A DNA stretch of 64,000 nucleotides from a virus (IMGVR_UViG_3300031555_003626:160001-224000); one strand, 5' to 3'; positions 41,601 to 52,268 are shown, numbered from the stretch's first letter. Numbers and translations are program-made. Notes: generated by a model from the letters alone, not told the origin.

Positions 41601-44111
41601 ATTAACCAGGCGGACTTGCTACCTAATATATTTAATACTTCTGTTGCTTGTGGTATTATAGAGTATGTATATACTGATGGAACAATAACGGATATTTCAG
41701 TCAAGGATACGGATATTTTTACTGATAGGACTCAACTAGAAAGGTACCTAGATGGCCAGAAAACTTCTTGGGGAAATACTGCAAAAGTAGGTGACACTGA
41801 GGAACTTAGGCTAGTAATTACTTATTTCCCCTTCAACGAGGCTAATATGCAAGTATGGGCAGATTATGTGCATACCTGTTATTCTATAAGTAAAGGTAAA
41901 GATCTACCTGAACATGAGACCACTACCTTTTGGAGGCTTTCTTCTACAAATGAGTTTCCAAAAGGGCGACTAGTCACTGAAACTCACCAGTGTCTTTATG
42001 CACAGAGTAATAAGTTCTTAAACAATGCTGTTGCCGGTGCTACCACTTATATCTGTACTGATCACGGTGAAAACCCTATTTATAATGTAATAGAGCCTGA
42101 TAGCGATATTGAATTATTAACTGGTGATAAATTATACATTCATTACACTCCTTCCAGTACCAACGAAGATGGCGAAATTGTAAATGCAGAGCCAATTTCT
42201 GTTGTATATGAGGGTGGTAACGATAAGGACGCAGTAATAATTAAACCTTCTGGGTTTACTTTAATGCCTTCTGAAAATGTTTACCAGCAAGGTACCTCTT
42301 GGAAGAAAACTGATGTAGAATTCCCCGGGTATGGCAAGAAAAACTTGCTAGCTTTAGCTCCTAATGAACAAATAGAAATGAGAAGCCTTTCAAAAGTTGT
42401 TATTGATAAACCCGCTAGATTCTATAAGAACTTTGATAATGCCGTACTAGAGCAGGGCAATAAGTCGGATACTGTTAGCTATGAGCTTAAAGATGGTGAG
42501 TATATTTTCTATACTGACCAGAACAATCAAGGTGCAGCGTACTACGGAAGCGGCTCAGTTATTACACTGTCTCCTGGTGCGTATATTCCGAAAGCTTCTG
42601 AGGCTATAGAAGTTTCAGAAATTTTAAAACAAGGTTTACATATTGTACCTTGGAGTAATATTGTATTATTAAATGCCGATAATGGTAGAACTGTTACGAT
42701 AACTGAATATCAGTATGTTACACTAGTCGAAGGCGATACTCTAAATACCTTAACGCTTCAAGACGCAGATACTATAAATAGCACATGGAAAAAATGTGCT
42801 GAGCTAAGTGATATTTTTTATACTACTTCTGGTGCAGAAACATCTACCGAGCTTCCAAAGATACGACTAAAGTCTGGAACTTGGGAAGTTTGCAGTCTGC
42901 TTGAGCTTTCTACTTCACCTGGTTATGCACAGCAGTTACGCGCTACAGATAAGCTTAAAAATAAGATTAATGTTTACACAAAGTCTGGCACAGGTGAGAC
43001 ATTAGCCTATGAAATTGAGCCTAAAGAATCCGATTTTACTAATGATTATGAGAAAGTTTCTGTTAAACTAAGTACTATTGCCAAAACGGCCTCAGGTAAT
43101 TTAGAAATTAAGTCAGAATCTGATAACCCAAGCGTACAGATGAAAGTGTTTAAAGAGGAGGCGCCAGCTAAGGTAGAACTCTTAGAGCACGACGATAACA
43201 TAACACCAATATCAGTCAAATACTCCGTACCTGCAGATGCAAGCTCTGATAATATAAATAATTATTTAACTAAGATTGACGTAGGTGAACTCTGGCGTTC
43301 TGTTACAGAAACCACTACGACGGAAACAGAAGAAGGAAATCTCGTAACAACTACACAGCAAGTTAAGAAGCCAAACGCACTTAAGCTAAACCTTATGATT
43401 CCAAAAAACTCAGACGTATTTGGTATATTTAGTATTTATTTAGAAATACCGGTAGATAGGCTAACTTCTGGAAGCGGCCAAATTATCCCCGATAAGGATT
43501 CTCGAATATTTATTGATATACCAAAAGAGTTTGGTAACTGTACAGAGTGTATTTCAATTTATAACAATGGAAATAGATCTCCAGAGTCAGACAATTATGA
43601 GGATAGCTGGTGGGAGTCTAATAGTACGCGGCATCCTGAGGAAACTAAGGATTCGGCAAAAAATAGACTATATCTTCGAGCAGGTTTAAATTGCATAAAG
43701 ATTATGAAATCTTGTAGCATATACATAAAGGCAGAAGAAAATGCTACTGGTAGCATTCTTTATGATAGTATGCGTCTAGTTAAAGGTAGGGAGACTAACG
43801 GTATAAATCTTAAATTACTTGACCCAGATACGACCTTCAATACGGAGGCAACGCAAGCTGAGACGTCTAAGAAGCAATATGCCGATAAAATTCTAAAGGG
43901 TATTGCAAGCTTAGATAAAAACCATGACTTTTATTACAACGTACCGGTTGAGAATAGCCTTGCTATAGAATTTGATGATAATATTAACTCATTTTCTAAT
44001 CCGTATACTCTTTATGATATAAATAATATAAATAATAGCTTTGTAGTGTCTAAGTTAGATGCTGCTTATCTAGACACTGGCTTAAGCATTGCTAAGTCTT
44101 CTAAATATTAA
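38649..44111 (+). CDS. Large baseplate wedge protein (gp6/J-like N-terminus)
   Basis: KDF...W....ESDPGIVLL...YNID...E.F..TA...LVGY; TLVT..DY; follows gp25. Confidence 0.75.
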   Translation: MITKNEISSLNLSPTKKDFVQIWNELIEVASKITERWDPTSTNESDPGIVLLKVLAGIADKLNYNIDKNILEAFMPTAAQMESMRKLCELVGYDIKYYQSAETRVRISYTGSTTDEEEKLPEPGGLALPKFTTITNADKDITFVTTNTTPIFITNSTPWVEVSCIEGQISQCESINENNLITLTQLDDEYRYYLPEIQIAENGIFVYNAAISINGTYEDGQPWEQVSNLNTRSSETRVFKFGYDSFEGRPYLAFPEDVGSLIGDGLFIYFIRTSGLSGNISARTLEVLEAPTGGDWDDYSAEQFEVVNDNAATNGTNIESISAAYNNFKKTIGTFDTLVTCRDYMNKIYSLMDMNNTPYVSNILVTDIRNDINSAITLCSCNEFGILYKELPLTRPDDVTVKTTSYKVDEINNNRLTINTSADTSYQIEVPLIDHFDLVLYPFKTFTQVSFGTDKEKLAEYYNNSFVYSEQKNGEIAASLSAFKTCAHNFKAPRDGDLVAINNYLRLNALIATSNKVSAIEANDILQNVKVALINEFNMRNLDFGEEIPFDNILSVIENADSRIKVVSLQEPKVLTTFSVKETENGTATSKEYGIVSSASDVRISGVNYVNKVVNSETGEETEEEITKAKDIYNKLVLRNILAGRASLLDYDETFIPNNSEKPYTITANITSILNDGADELYNKDVADSINEAIDAIDADSDENLGEHILYDSDGLIITNGFYSNDSVITLKVFDTVKEEEYSTSQLESILDDEEAITAQNIMDEISNITTAGTHELTNRGLYGGTLVLIVSDSNEKKVLETYSIRDYAVYETYEPTFAVKQESAAKTRASSSSSASSDSAVIDKISRIAAICEITGDEQGHFEDITLAKNEVIKFRAPNLITTKTFPAYVYYRFERASGASGAQSASDGHYAAVQSLNSFISDVGVSAFFGGKLNTDSNGWKYEGLWRNAFKANPDNLKTKTATIKLKKLTDNTVEATTVVDVINQADLLPNIFNTSVACGIIEYVYTDGTITDISVKDTDIFTDRTQLERYLDGQKTSWGNTAKVGDTEELRLVITYFPFNEANMQVWADYVHTCYSISKGKDLPEHETTTFWRLSSTNEFPKGRLVTETHQCLYAQSNKFLNNAVAGATTYICTDHGENPIYNVIEPDSDIELLTGDKLYIHYTPSSTNEDGEIVNAEPISVVYEGGNDKDAVIIKPSGFTLMPSENVYQQGTSWKKTDVEFPGYGKKNLLALAPNEQIEMRSLSKVVIDKPARFYKNFDNAVLEQGNKSDTVSYELKDGEYIFYTDQNNQGAAYYGSGSVITLSPGAYIPKASEAIEVSEILKQGLHIVPWSNIVLLNADNGRTVTITEYQYVTLVEGDTLNTLTLQDADTINSTWKKCAELSDIFYTTSGAETSTELPKIRLKSGTWEVCSLLELSTSPGYAQQLRATDKLKNKINVYTKSGTGETLAYEIEPKESDFTNDYEKVSVKLSTIAKTASGNLEIKSESDNPSVQMKVFKEEAPAKVELLEHDDNITPISVKYSVPADASSDNINNYLTKIDVGELWRSVTETTTTETEEGNLVTTTQQVKKPNALKLNLMIPKNSDVFGIFSIYLEIPVDRLTSGSGQIIPDKDSRIFIDIPKEFGNCTECISIYNNGNRSPESDNYEDSWWESNSTRHPEETKDSAKNRLYLRAGLNCIKIMKSCSIYIKAEENATGSILYDSMRLVKGRETNGINLKLLDPDTTFNTEATQAETSKKQYADKILKGIASLDKNHDFYYNVPVENSLAIEFDDNINSFSNPYTLYDINNINNSFVVSKLDAAYLDTGLSIAKSSKY

Positions 44112-44125
44112 GGAGTTGATAATTT

Positions 44126-44854
44126 ATGATTAGTATAAAAAATCAAGTGCCTAATATTTATTATGATGCTTCTCGAGACTTTCAAGTTTTAGGACACTTA
44201 TATGAAGTCACACTTAACTATATTAAAACAAATGCTGACATGCTGTATCTTCTTCCTAATGGCATCGAAGAAGATACACGTGCCACAGAGTTACTTGCAA
44301 CTACTTTAGGATTTAAACTTAGACGAAATTATGATAAAGCGCAGCTTGCTGCTCTTGTAAGTATTTTCCCCCAGTTATTAAAGATTAAAGGAACTTTGGC
44401 TGCTGTTAATTTAGCCGGTGACGCTCTAGTAAAAGCTTCAGGAGTACCTGGAATGTTTTCAAGCAAAATAGAAGAAGGTCATATATTAACTATTAACATT
44501 CCAATTGAGCTTTCAGATATTACACTATTTATTGACTTACTCCCGTATATTCTGCCTTTTGGCCTTAGAGTTTCTATAGTAAGAAATACTGTACTTAAAC
44601 GTGAGCTAAATACGGCAGTGGGAGCGCTTGCAGTAATGAGAAAGGCTTTCTCCGTCGCAGCTCAAAACGAAGCATCGGAGCTTGGTCTTGCAAAAATTTC
44701 AAGTAATGGCGACCTAAAGGTAAAATATTCAGATGTTAATTATATTGGTCCAAACACTAATGAGCCAATTGCAGGTCAACTAGGCGCTTCACCAATTACT
44801 GCTTACGAGCCGCAAGAGTACTCACTGGATACACAAAAGGAGGAAAATACTTAA
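44126..44854 (+). CDS. Baseplate protein (P2 gpI-like)
   Basis: LLATTLGF...L.KIKGT..AV motif; position after the J-like gene. Confidence 0.6.
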   Translation: MISIKNQVPNIYYDASRDFQVLGHLYEVTLNYIKTNADMLYLLPNGIEEDTRATELLATTLGFKLRRNYDKAQLAALVSIFPQLLKIKGTLAAVNLAGDALVKASGVPGMFSSKIEEGHILTINIPIELSDITLFIDLLPYILPFGLRVSIVRNTVLKRELNTAVGALAVMRKAFSVAAQNEASELGLAKISSNGDLKVKYSDVNYIGPNTNEPIAGQLGASPITAYEPQEYSLDTQKEENT

Positions 44855-45421
44855 ATGTCAAAACCTATTTTTTCGGATGGCATCGGGTATGAGGGTAAGA
44901 TAACACTTACCCTCAAGAGTGATAACCGTGTACTTAAATCTAAGACATATAAAAATAACGGTACATCTCAATTATTTAGCTTCTTGGGTAACTGTTTAAT
45001 CGGGTCATTTGAAGACGCAAAAAAAGACCTACCGAGAAAAATTATGCTCTTAAAAAATGAATCAAATAAAGAAGCTACTCTTGATGAAAAAAATGTAAAA
45101 TCTTGTTCTGTATTTCGTAGTTATACTAAAACTCCTGCAATAGTTAATGATAGTGACTTAGGTGCTGTTAGAGTAACATATAGCTTTGAGATACCCAAAT
45201 ACGAAGTAGAGGCCGACTTTAATCAAGTGGCACTTTATGGAGCAGAGACTACTGATATTAAAAGTTTTTCTGCATACTATTATTTAACTGACGCAAAGGG
45301 ACGTTTAACAGATGAGCAGATTGGTAATTGGTCTGCGACTACTATTCTACTTATTGAGTGGGAACTCAGCTTATCAAATACAAATATAGCTACAAATAGT
45401 ACACAAGGAGGACAAGGATAA
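44855..45421 (+). CDS. Putative tail/baseplate protein
   Basis: Context; C-terminal LIEWEL. Confidence 0.5.
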   Translation: MSKPIFSDGIGYEGKITLTLKSDNRVLKSKTYKNNGTSQLFSFLGNCLIGSFEDAKKDLPRKIMLLKNESNKEATLDEKNVKSCSVFRSYTKTPAIVNDSDLGAVRVTYSFEIPKYEVEADFNQVALYGAETTDIKSFSAYYYLTDAKGRLTDEQIGNWSATTILLIEWELSLSNTNIATNSTQGGQG

Positions 45422-47032
45422 ATGAGCAATCATATTAATAATAAACTTTTAATATTAGAAAATAATACTGATGATATCAGAGTTTTTATATCCAGCGAAA
45501 ATATAAATGTATTTCCTTGTTCTCGTAGAGGGCAGAAGACCATTACAGGCTATGCTTCAAATTGGGACCCAGAGGCTCGCTTAAATACTGAACGTACTAA
45601 TAGGCTTCATACTGCAATTAATGGCTTTACAGATGATTTTATTGTTAGCTATGAAGAGCAAAAAGATGAAGCCGGCACCGGCACAGGTAAGTATAGGCTA
45701 ATTTTTGTTTTAGCTGGTTATTATATAGAAATTAAAGATTTTAATCTTGATAATATTATCGGCATTGAAGCATTAAACCTTAACACTGGTACAATTTATG
45801 CTCATTTGAGCTTGCACGATAATATACCATTAGACGTATCAGGTTACTATACAGAGCTTCTATATAAGCAGTCGTCTAAAGTTGACCATAATCTTATAGA
45901 TGTTGAGTACTCAGATTCTACTAATAATGCGAGCGGTTATTTCTTTATGGGCGTTTCCTTTACGTCTGCACCTGTTGAGGATGAAGTTCAGGTTGGAACG
46001 GGTGCTAACCTACAAACCCATACATTGGCCTCTTTCGATTTACCTCTTTTTTCTAAAACTGATGGAGACGGTAATTGGCAGCTTGTTCAAACTTCACTAT
46101 TACCAAAAATAGAGCATGGTGAAACTACAGACTCTATTGTAGTTACTGGTAAAACTTTACTAAAGGATACTCTTGAGGTTAAGGGTGCTACTACGATTGA
46201 GAATACTCTTACTGTGACCAAAGATAAAGCAACCTCTTTAGGTGGTACCCTTACTGTAGCTAAAGCGGCAACGTTTAATGATACGCTTACTGTCGAAGAT
46301 GATAAGGCTACTAGCCTAGGCGGCACTCTTTCTGTAGCCGCTGGGAAAGATACTACTCTTGGGGGCGCGCTTTCTGTAGCTGGAAATGCTACCTTGACAA
46401 GTAACCTTGCAGTAGCCGATAATATTAATGTAGGTAATCCCACAAATAAGGCAGAAAGTGATAATGGAGGCTGTATCGTTGCTGAAAAGGATATTACGGC
46501 TGAACAAGACTTAGTTGCAAAACGTAATGTAGAAGCTACCATGAGTATTAAAACACCCACTCTTGATGTCGAAATAATAAAAAATGATGATACCGAAGCT
46601 GTTACCATTGATGATGATTTGTCTGTTGCTGGTCATATAACTCTTAACACGAGCAAAGCTGTCACTGCTGATAGGGTAAATGTTTATACTATTAATAGTA
46701 GACAGGAAAAGGGTACAATAACCGTAACGTCGCCTGTTATTCTGAATGGCAACACTACGTTAAATAATGGTTTAGAAGTAACTAATGGAGATACATCGCT
46801 TAAGAAACTAACAACTACCGAATTAGCAGTAGCTACCGATGCTCTTACGGTCACAGAAGATGAGGCTAATTTTACAAAGCCCGTTACTGTCGATAGTAGC
46901 TTGACAGCTAATAATGTGCAAATTAAAGACCAGGGTCAAGTACCTGCTTTAGAACTTTATCACTTTAAGAATGGATCATATCAGTTACGATTTAAATTTA
47001 ACACAGCACCAACTATTATTGAAGAAGAATAA
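45422..47032 (+). CDS. Tail fibre-like protein with beta-helical repeats
   Basis: ATSLGGTLTV / TLTV repeats. Confidence 0.6.
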   Translation: MSNHINNKLLILENNTDDIRVFISSENINVFPCSRRGQKTITGYASNWDPEARLNTERTNRLHTAINGFTDDFIVSYEEQKDEAGTGTGKYRLIFVLAGYYIEIKDFNLDNIIGIEALNLNTGTIYAHLSLHDNIPLDVSGYYTELLYKQSSKVDHNLIDVEYSDSTNNASGYFFMGVSFTSAPVEDEVQVGTGANLQTHTLASFDLPLFSKTDGDGNWQLVQTSLLPKIEHGETTDSIVVTGKTLLKDTLEVKGATTIENTLTVTKDKATSLGGTLTVAKAATFNDTLTVEDDKATSLGGTLSVAAGKDTTLGGALSVAGNATLTSNLAVADNINVGNPTNKAESDNGGCIVAEKDITAEQDLVAKRNVEATMSIKTPTLDVEIIKNDDTEAVTIDDDLSVAGHITLNTSKAVTADRVNVYTINSRQEKGTITVTSPVILNGNTTLNNGLEVTNGDTSLKKLTTTELAVATDALTVTEDEANFTKPVTVDSSLTANNVQIKDQGQVPALELYHFKNGSYQLRFKFNTAPTIIEEE

Positions 47033-47189
47033 TAAAAATTGGGCTAACATAAAAGTTAGCTCAATTCTTTTTGTTTAGTAGAAAAATTGTTAATTTTATA
47101 ACTAATTAATAAATTGTTAATTTAATAGCTTACTTAAAATTATTTGCTAAATTTAATGATTACAAGTATCTATAAAAAGGAGCTAGAAA

Positions 47190-47903
47190 ATGCCTGGCTG
47201 GTTAATAACTGTGTTAAGCACTGCAGGGTCAGTAATATTAACACTTACTATAACACTACTTTTTAATAAGTTAGTTGCACTTCCAAAAGAACTTAAGAAA
47301 CAGAGAGAAGCTGAGGCAGCAGCACAAGCTGCAAAAGAGGCTGCAAAAGAGGCTGCACACGCAGAAAGAGAGGCCGAACTTCAGTCTGAGATAGATACAC
47401 TTAAAAGAGAAGCTGAAGAAAAAGAAAGACAGCACTGTCAAGATGACCAACTAAGAGATGCTAAGATTGCTGCACTTCAAGCAGCAGTTGATGCTCTGCC
47501 TTCTTATCGTGCACAGAGCCTTCAAATTCAAACACAGCTACAAACAACTGATAGAGAGATTCTTGCTGCTTGTGAAGCGATTCAAAGAGGTGTTGCTGAT
47601 AACCAGCACGTTCTTAATGAGCGCTTAGACCGTTTAGAAAAGCGTGAGAAAAATGCGCTTAGACAAAAGATTTTACAGGAACATCGCTTATTTACAGATG
47701 AGACAATGAATCCTATGAGAGCTTGGACAGAGATGGAACATCACTCCTTCTTCGAATTAGTAAAAGACTACGAAGATCTCGGCGGTAACGATTATGTGCA
47801 TAGTGACGTTCTTCCTGACATGAATAGGCTTCGAGTTATCCCTATGTCAGACAGAACCACTCTATATGAATTAATGCATAGCAGAAGAATTAACGCACAG
47901 TAA
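47190..47903 (+). CDS. Membrane-anchored coiled-coil protein (possibly lysis-associated)
   Basis: N-terminal TM helix, coiled coil, Y..LGGN motif. Confidence 0.55.
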   Translation: MPGWLITVLSTAGSVILTLTITLLFNKLVALPKELKKQREAEAAAQAAKEAAKEAAHAEREAELQSEIDTLKREAEEKERQHCQDDQLRDAKIAALQAAVDALPSYRAQSLQIQTQLQTTDREILAACEAIQRGVADNQHVLNERLDRLEKREKNALRQKILQEHRLFTDETMNPMRAWTEMEHHSFFELVKDYEDLGGNDYVHSDVLPDMNRLRVIPMSDRTTLYELMHSRRINAQ

Positions 47904-48018
47904 AAATTATACTAAATAAATTAATAAGGTCTGTCAATAGATGGGCCTTATTTTTTTTCTTAAATTTTAAAGAGAGATATTGTATAATATAAAGTAAAGT
48001 AATATAAGGAGTAAAATA

Positions 48019-50112
48019 ATGTCAAAACAATACACTTCTGATAATATTAAAGTTTTAAATGATATTGAACACATACAACTTCGTTCTGGTATGTATATCG
48101 GTGAGGCAAATGACCCGAGATCGCTTTTCTCAGAAATGTTTGATAATGCTATGGATGAGGTAAGTGCTGGACACTCTACCGAACTTGTTGCTGAAATCGA
48201 TACTAAAGAAAATCGATACACAGTTCATGACTTCGGGAGAGGCATTCCACATGGCCTTAAAAAGCTAGACAATGGAGAAGAAAAAGAAGTAGTCGAAGTT
48301 CTTATGACTATTGCCAATTCCGGCGGCAAGTTTGATAACAATTCTTATAACTACTCTGCAGGCCTTAACGGTGTTGGTATGACTGTCACAAATGCGCTTT
48401 CTGAGACTTTTACTATTAGAACTAGGCGCAGTGGTAAATATGTAGACGCCACCACTCACGGGTCGGCTGACGTAGAACTAAAGAGAGGAAAAACTCAAGA
48501 GCACTCTGGAACTTCCGCTTCTTTCATTCCTAATAAGAAGTATTTCCATTCTTCTAAGATTCCTCACGATTTTATTATAAATAGGTGTAGAATTGCGTCA
48601 GCTCTCGGGTTTAGGGCACGCTGTATTATAGATAATGAAGAAGTTGATACTAACTGTACAATTTTCGACTTAATTAAAGAGGAAGATTCTAAGATTGCTA
48701 CTTATGTAGATATTCCTACTATCGAAGTTCAGAATGACGCTGGCGAGTCCATGAAGGTAGCATTAAGATATACTTCTGATACGAAAGATAGGTATTTTGG
48801 TTATACTAATCTTCTTTCTAATTATCTTGGCGGCACACATATTCAATGCTTGTCTAAGACAATTCAGACAACCTGGGAAGCGCTTATTAACAAATATAAA
48901 AATCTTAAGCCGGCTGTTGACCTGAAGCCTTCTGATTATCTTGTCGGTCTTCGTGGCATTTGTGCTGTATTTATTTCACATCCTGAGTTTTCTTCTCAGA
49001 CAAAGGAAAAACTGGTAGTCAATAAGACTTATTTTGACGGCCTTATGGAAGCCTTTAGCAAGAGCCTGACAAAATATCTAACTAATAATATTGAGGTTGC
49101 ACAGCAGCTTTTAAAGCGCTTTGAGGAGTATCGTATAGCTCAAAATGCCTTGCTTTCCCGTAAAGAAATTTCATCATTAATTAAAATTAACGAGGACTCT
49201 GGTGATAACATCAGGCGTCGTTCAGTTGTTTCAAAACTTGTAGAATGTACGTCAAGAAAGAGAGACGATACAGAACTATTTATCGTTGAAGGTGATTCTG
49301 CAATGGGTCCGTACCTTTATGTAAGAGATAAAGCAACTCAGGCAGTACTTCCTATAAGAGGTAAGATTCTTAATACTACATATAAGGATCTTAAAGAAGT
49401 AATTCAAAATAAAGAAATCTGTGATATTGCAAATAGTATTGGTTGTGGTATAGGCGCTCAGTGTGATGCTTCGAAGTCTCGTTATGAAAGAATTATTATA
49501 TCTGCCGATGCCGACCCTGACGGACTTCAAATTAACTGTCTTGTTCTTGCAGTATTTATTAATCTGTTTCCTGATATGGTTAAGCAGGGAAGAGTCTATG
49601 TTTCACTCCCACCCCTTTATTGTTGGGGTAAATCTGCAAAAGATTATGGTTGGTGTAATAAAGTAGAGGATATTCCTGCTACGGCAAAAGACGTACATCG
49701 CTTCAAGGGACTTGGAGAAATGAATGACGACCAGCTTTATTACTTCTTGGTAGATAAGAATACTAGAAATGTGCTTCAGATTGAGTATCCTTCTGATATT
49801 GATGAGTTTAACAAAATTCTTGGTACTTCGGAAGGAAAGGGTAGTCTTCTTAAGGACCTTGGAATTATCCTTAATTCTGAGACGAAGGTATTTACTAATC
49901 CTGAACCTGTGCTTAAACAGACCAATAATACTGTACCTGTTGCTATTGACGGTCCCGTGCTTACTGTTAAAGAGCCTGTTCCTGTTGAAAAAGTTACAAA
50001 ACCTAGAAAGAAACCAGCTGAAAAAAGTTCTACAAAAAAGATTGCAATAGTCGGTGAAGGCAAAGATAGAGTAGCTGAAGTTGTAAATCTTTTTGCTGGG
50101 CTTTTTGACTGA
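48019..50112 (+). CDS. Type IIA topoisomerase, B subunit (GyrB/ParE-like)
   Basis: R.GMYIG, EMFDNAMDE, D.GRGIP, GLNGVG, EGDSA, PIRGKILN, DADPDG, RFKGLGEM. Confidence 0.95.
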   Translation: MSKQYTSDNIKVLNDIEHIQLRSGMYIGEANDPRSLFSEMFDNAMDEVSAGHSTELVAEIDTKENRYTVHDFGRGIPHGLKKLDNGEEKEVVEVLMTIANSGGKFDNNSYNYSAGLNGVGMTVTNALSETFTIRTRRSGKYVDATTHGSADVELKRGKTQEHSGTSASFIPNKKYFHSSKIPHDFIINRCRIASALGFRARCIIDNEEVDTNCTIFDLIKEEDSKIATYVDIPTIEVQNDAGESMKVALRYTSDTKDRYFGYTNLLSNYLGGTHIQCLSKTIQTTWEALINKYKNLKPAVDLKPSDYLVGLRGICAVFISHPEFSSQTKEKLVVNKTYFDGLMEAFSKSLTKYLTNNIEVAQQLLKRFEEYRIAQNALLSRKEISSLIKINEDSGDNIRRRSVVSKLVECTSRKRDDTELFIVEGDSAMGPYLYVRDKATQAVLPIRGKILNTTYKDLKEVIQNKEICDIANSIGCGIGAQCDASKSRYERIIISADADPDGLQINCLVLAVFINLFPDMVKQGRVYVSLPPLYCWGKSAKDYGWCNKVEDIPATAKDVHRFKGLGEMNDDQLYYFLVDKNTRNVLQIEYPSDIDEFNKILGTSEGKGSLLKDLGIILNSETKVFTNPEPVLKQTNNTVPVAIDGPVLTVKEPVPVEKVTKPRKKPAEKSSTKKIAIVGEGKDRVAEVVNLFAGLFD

Positions 50113-50122
50113 GGAGGAAAAA

Positions 50123-51508
50123 ATGAATATAACTATTCCTGTAAAAGATGCTCTTGAATTGGCATCTGAAAACTATAAAGAGTATAGTATCTACGTTGCT
50201 GCAGGTAGAGCTTACGGATCCGTAATTGATGGAGCTAAGAGTGTACAAAAGAGAGTTATTTATTCTCTCTATAAAAAGGCACCGAGGTCTATCATCAAGG
50301 TAGCTGAAGCAGCCGGCTACTGTCTTGATATGCACCCTCACCCTACTGCAGTTCCTGAAGTTATTGTATCTCTCGGAGATAACAGCAATAAGTTTAATTT
50401 CTTAGATAAACAAGGAAACTTCGGTAATCGCATAAAGAATATCGAAGCTTCCGCACCTCGTTATATCGGTTGTAGACTTTCCGACCTTGCTATCGACCTT
50501 ACTTGTGACGGCATCGAGTACTGTCCTACCATGACGGGAGAACTTGACAAGCCTGAGCCTATTGCTTTGCCTACCCTACTTCCGCTCTGTTTCTTAAATT
50601 CAATGTCAGGTATTCCGGCGGGCCTTCCTAAGCTCAATATTCCATGTCTCGATATTGAAGGTATGTTTGATTACTACCTTGATATTCTTAAGCATAAAGA
50701 CCTTAATTGGGTACCGAAGAAGCTTCCTATTCCTAATGTTGGTGTATCTATTTTGTCTGACAAAAAAGAGTGGGAAGAAGTCCTTAAGACTGGTAAAGGT
50801 TCTATTAGACTTGCCCCTGAGATGACTATTGACAAAAACGGTACTATCACTATTACTGCAATGCCGGCATCTAAGACTGCGGAGCACGTAAGAAAGATTA
50901 TTGAAAAAGAAATCTTACTTGATAAAGTTGATATGCGAGATGAGTCTACCTATGATACCCGTATTGTAGTTGAAAAGGTATTTAAGAAACAGTGCGACAT
51001 GCAGGAATTGTTTGATAGACTCTACAAAAAGCTTCAGACTTCTGAAACTTATAATCTTGCCTTCTTCGACCAAGATCATATTTATGTACCTTGTAGCTTT
51101 GATCTTGTGGTAAAGTCTAATCTTAATTATTTGATTGAAACACACACCAATAGACTTACTCATCAGATTGCGGACAACAGAGAAAAGCTTTTGGTTCTTC
51201 AGATTATTGAAAGTCTTAAAAAGACAAATAATTGGAAAGATATCTTTGACTTATCCTATGACGATGCAGTAAATTTTATCGCGATGCGTTTTAAAGCTTG
51301 TACAGAAGAAATTGCAAAAGAAGTTCTTAGAAAGCCGATGTCATATCTAACAAAGGCGCATGACCAGGAAATTATTGATCTTCAGAATCTTATTAATGAG
51401 CTCGAAAATGACCAGTCTGACATCTTTGAGATGTTAACTAAGAAGTACAAAGCAGTAAAATCTAAGGTGCTGAAAGAAATCTCACCTAATACGACAAAAT
51501 TTATATAA
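50123..51508 (+). CDS. Type IIA topoisomerase, A subunit (GyrA/ParC-like, no CTD)
   Basis: DGAKSVQKR, HPH, QGNFG and ASAPRY (catalytic Tyr); GAGGAGG RBS before ATG 50123. Confidence 0.9.
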   Translation: MNITIPVKDALELASENYKEYSIYVAAGRAYGSVIDGAKSVQKRVIYSLYKKAPRSIIKVAEAAGYCLDMHPHPTAVPEVIVSLGDNSNKFNFLDKQGNFGNRIKNIEASAPRYIGCRLSDLAIDLTCDGIEYCPTMTGELDKPEPIALPTLLPLCFLNSMSGIPAGLPKLNIPCLDIEGMFDYYLDILKHKDLNWVPKKLPIPNVGVSILSDKKEWEEVLKTGKGSIRLAPEMTIDKNGTITITAMPASKTAEHVRKIIEKEILLDKVDMRDESTYDTRIVVEKVFKKQCDMQELFDRLYKKLQTSETYNLAFFDQDHIYVPCSFDLVVKSNLNYLIETHTNRLTHQIADNREKLLVLQIIESLKKTNNWKDIFDLSYDDAVNFIAMRFKACTEEIAKEVLRKPMSYLTKAHDQEIIDLQNLINELENDQSDIFEMLTKKYKAVKSKVLKEISPNTTKFI

Positions 51509-51548
51509 AATTTGCTAAATTATATAGTATTATAATGGAGGAACTTTT

Positions 51549-52268
51549 ATGAAGTATAAACGATTAAATTTTGAAGATTATTTTACTATATGTTCAAGCA
51601 ATTGGAATAAACTAGCTACTAATTTAGAAATTGCTAAATATGAAAGCATCCCTTATAATTATAAGGGTAAAAATTACAAAGCCGAGTATCAAGTACGCTT
51701 TGATGAAAACCGAAACTGTATTCAAATTATCTTACAGCAAACTTCTGGTAAAATGGATTGGTTTGCTAATTTTGATTTTGCCGCAAAGCTCTACGATAAG
51801 TTTACTTTTGAAGGCAAACTAATTCAACTAAGAGTGCACCGAGGTTGGGGCAACATGTGGCTTGTTTGTCAGTCTACAGTAAGACAGAGAGTTAAAGAAC
51901 TTCTTGATATGCACCCAGGTTGTTTTATTGAAATTTTTGGCTGGTCTCTTGGCAGCGGTCTCGCCCAGCTTGCAGCAGAAGATATTTATTTCAAGTTTGG
52001 TATTAAGCCTTATCTTTATACCTATGGAAGTGTAAAACCGTTCTATGGAAAAGATACTTATAATTTCGTAAAGTCATGCTGTGCCGAAGCTTATAACTTC
52101 TACGACCATTGCGATATTGTAGGTTATATGGTACCTTTCTTTGGTTGGAAGGCTATCAATCATTGTAAAGTAAAGCTTGAAAAATTTAGTATTCTTAAGC
52201 TTTTTAAACCTAATACCTATCATACTAAATATGATGTACCTGGACAGTACGATAAGTATAATTCTTGA
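51549..52268 (+). CDS. Class 3 lipase-like alpha/beta hydrolase
   Basis: DW..N, VHRGW, GWSLG, YTYGS, DIV and terminal H. Confidence 0.8.
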   Translation: MKYKRLNFEDYFTICSSNWNKLATNLEIAKYESIPYNYKGKNYKAEYQVRFDENRNCIQIILQQTSGKMDWFANFDFAAKLYDKFTFEGKLIQLRVHRGWGNMWLVCQSTVRQRVKELLDMHPGCFIEIFGWSLGSGLAQLAAEDIYFKFGIKPYLYTYGSVKPFYGKDTYNFVKSCCAEAYNFYDHCDIVGYMVPFFGWKAINHCKVKLEKFSILKLFKPNTYHTKYDVPGQYDKYNS

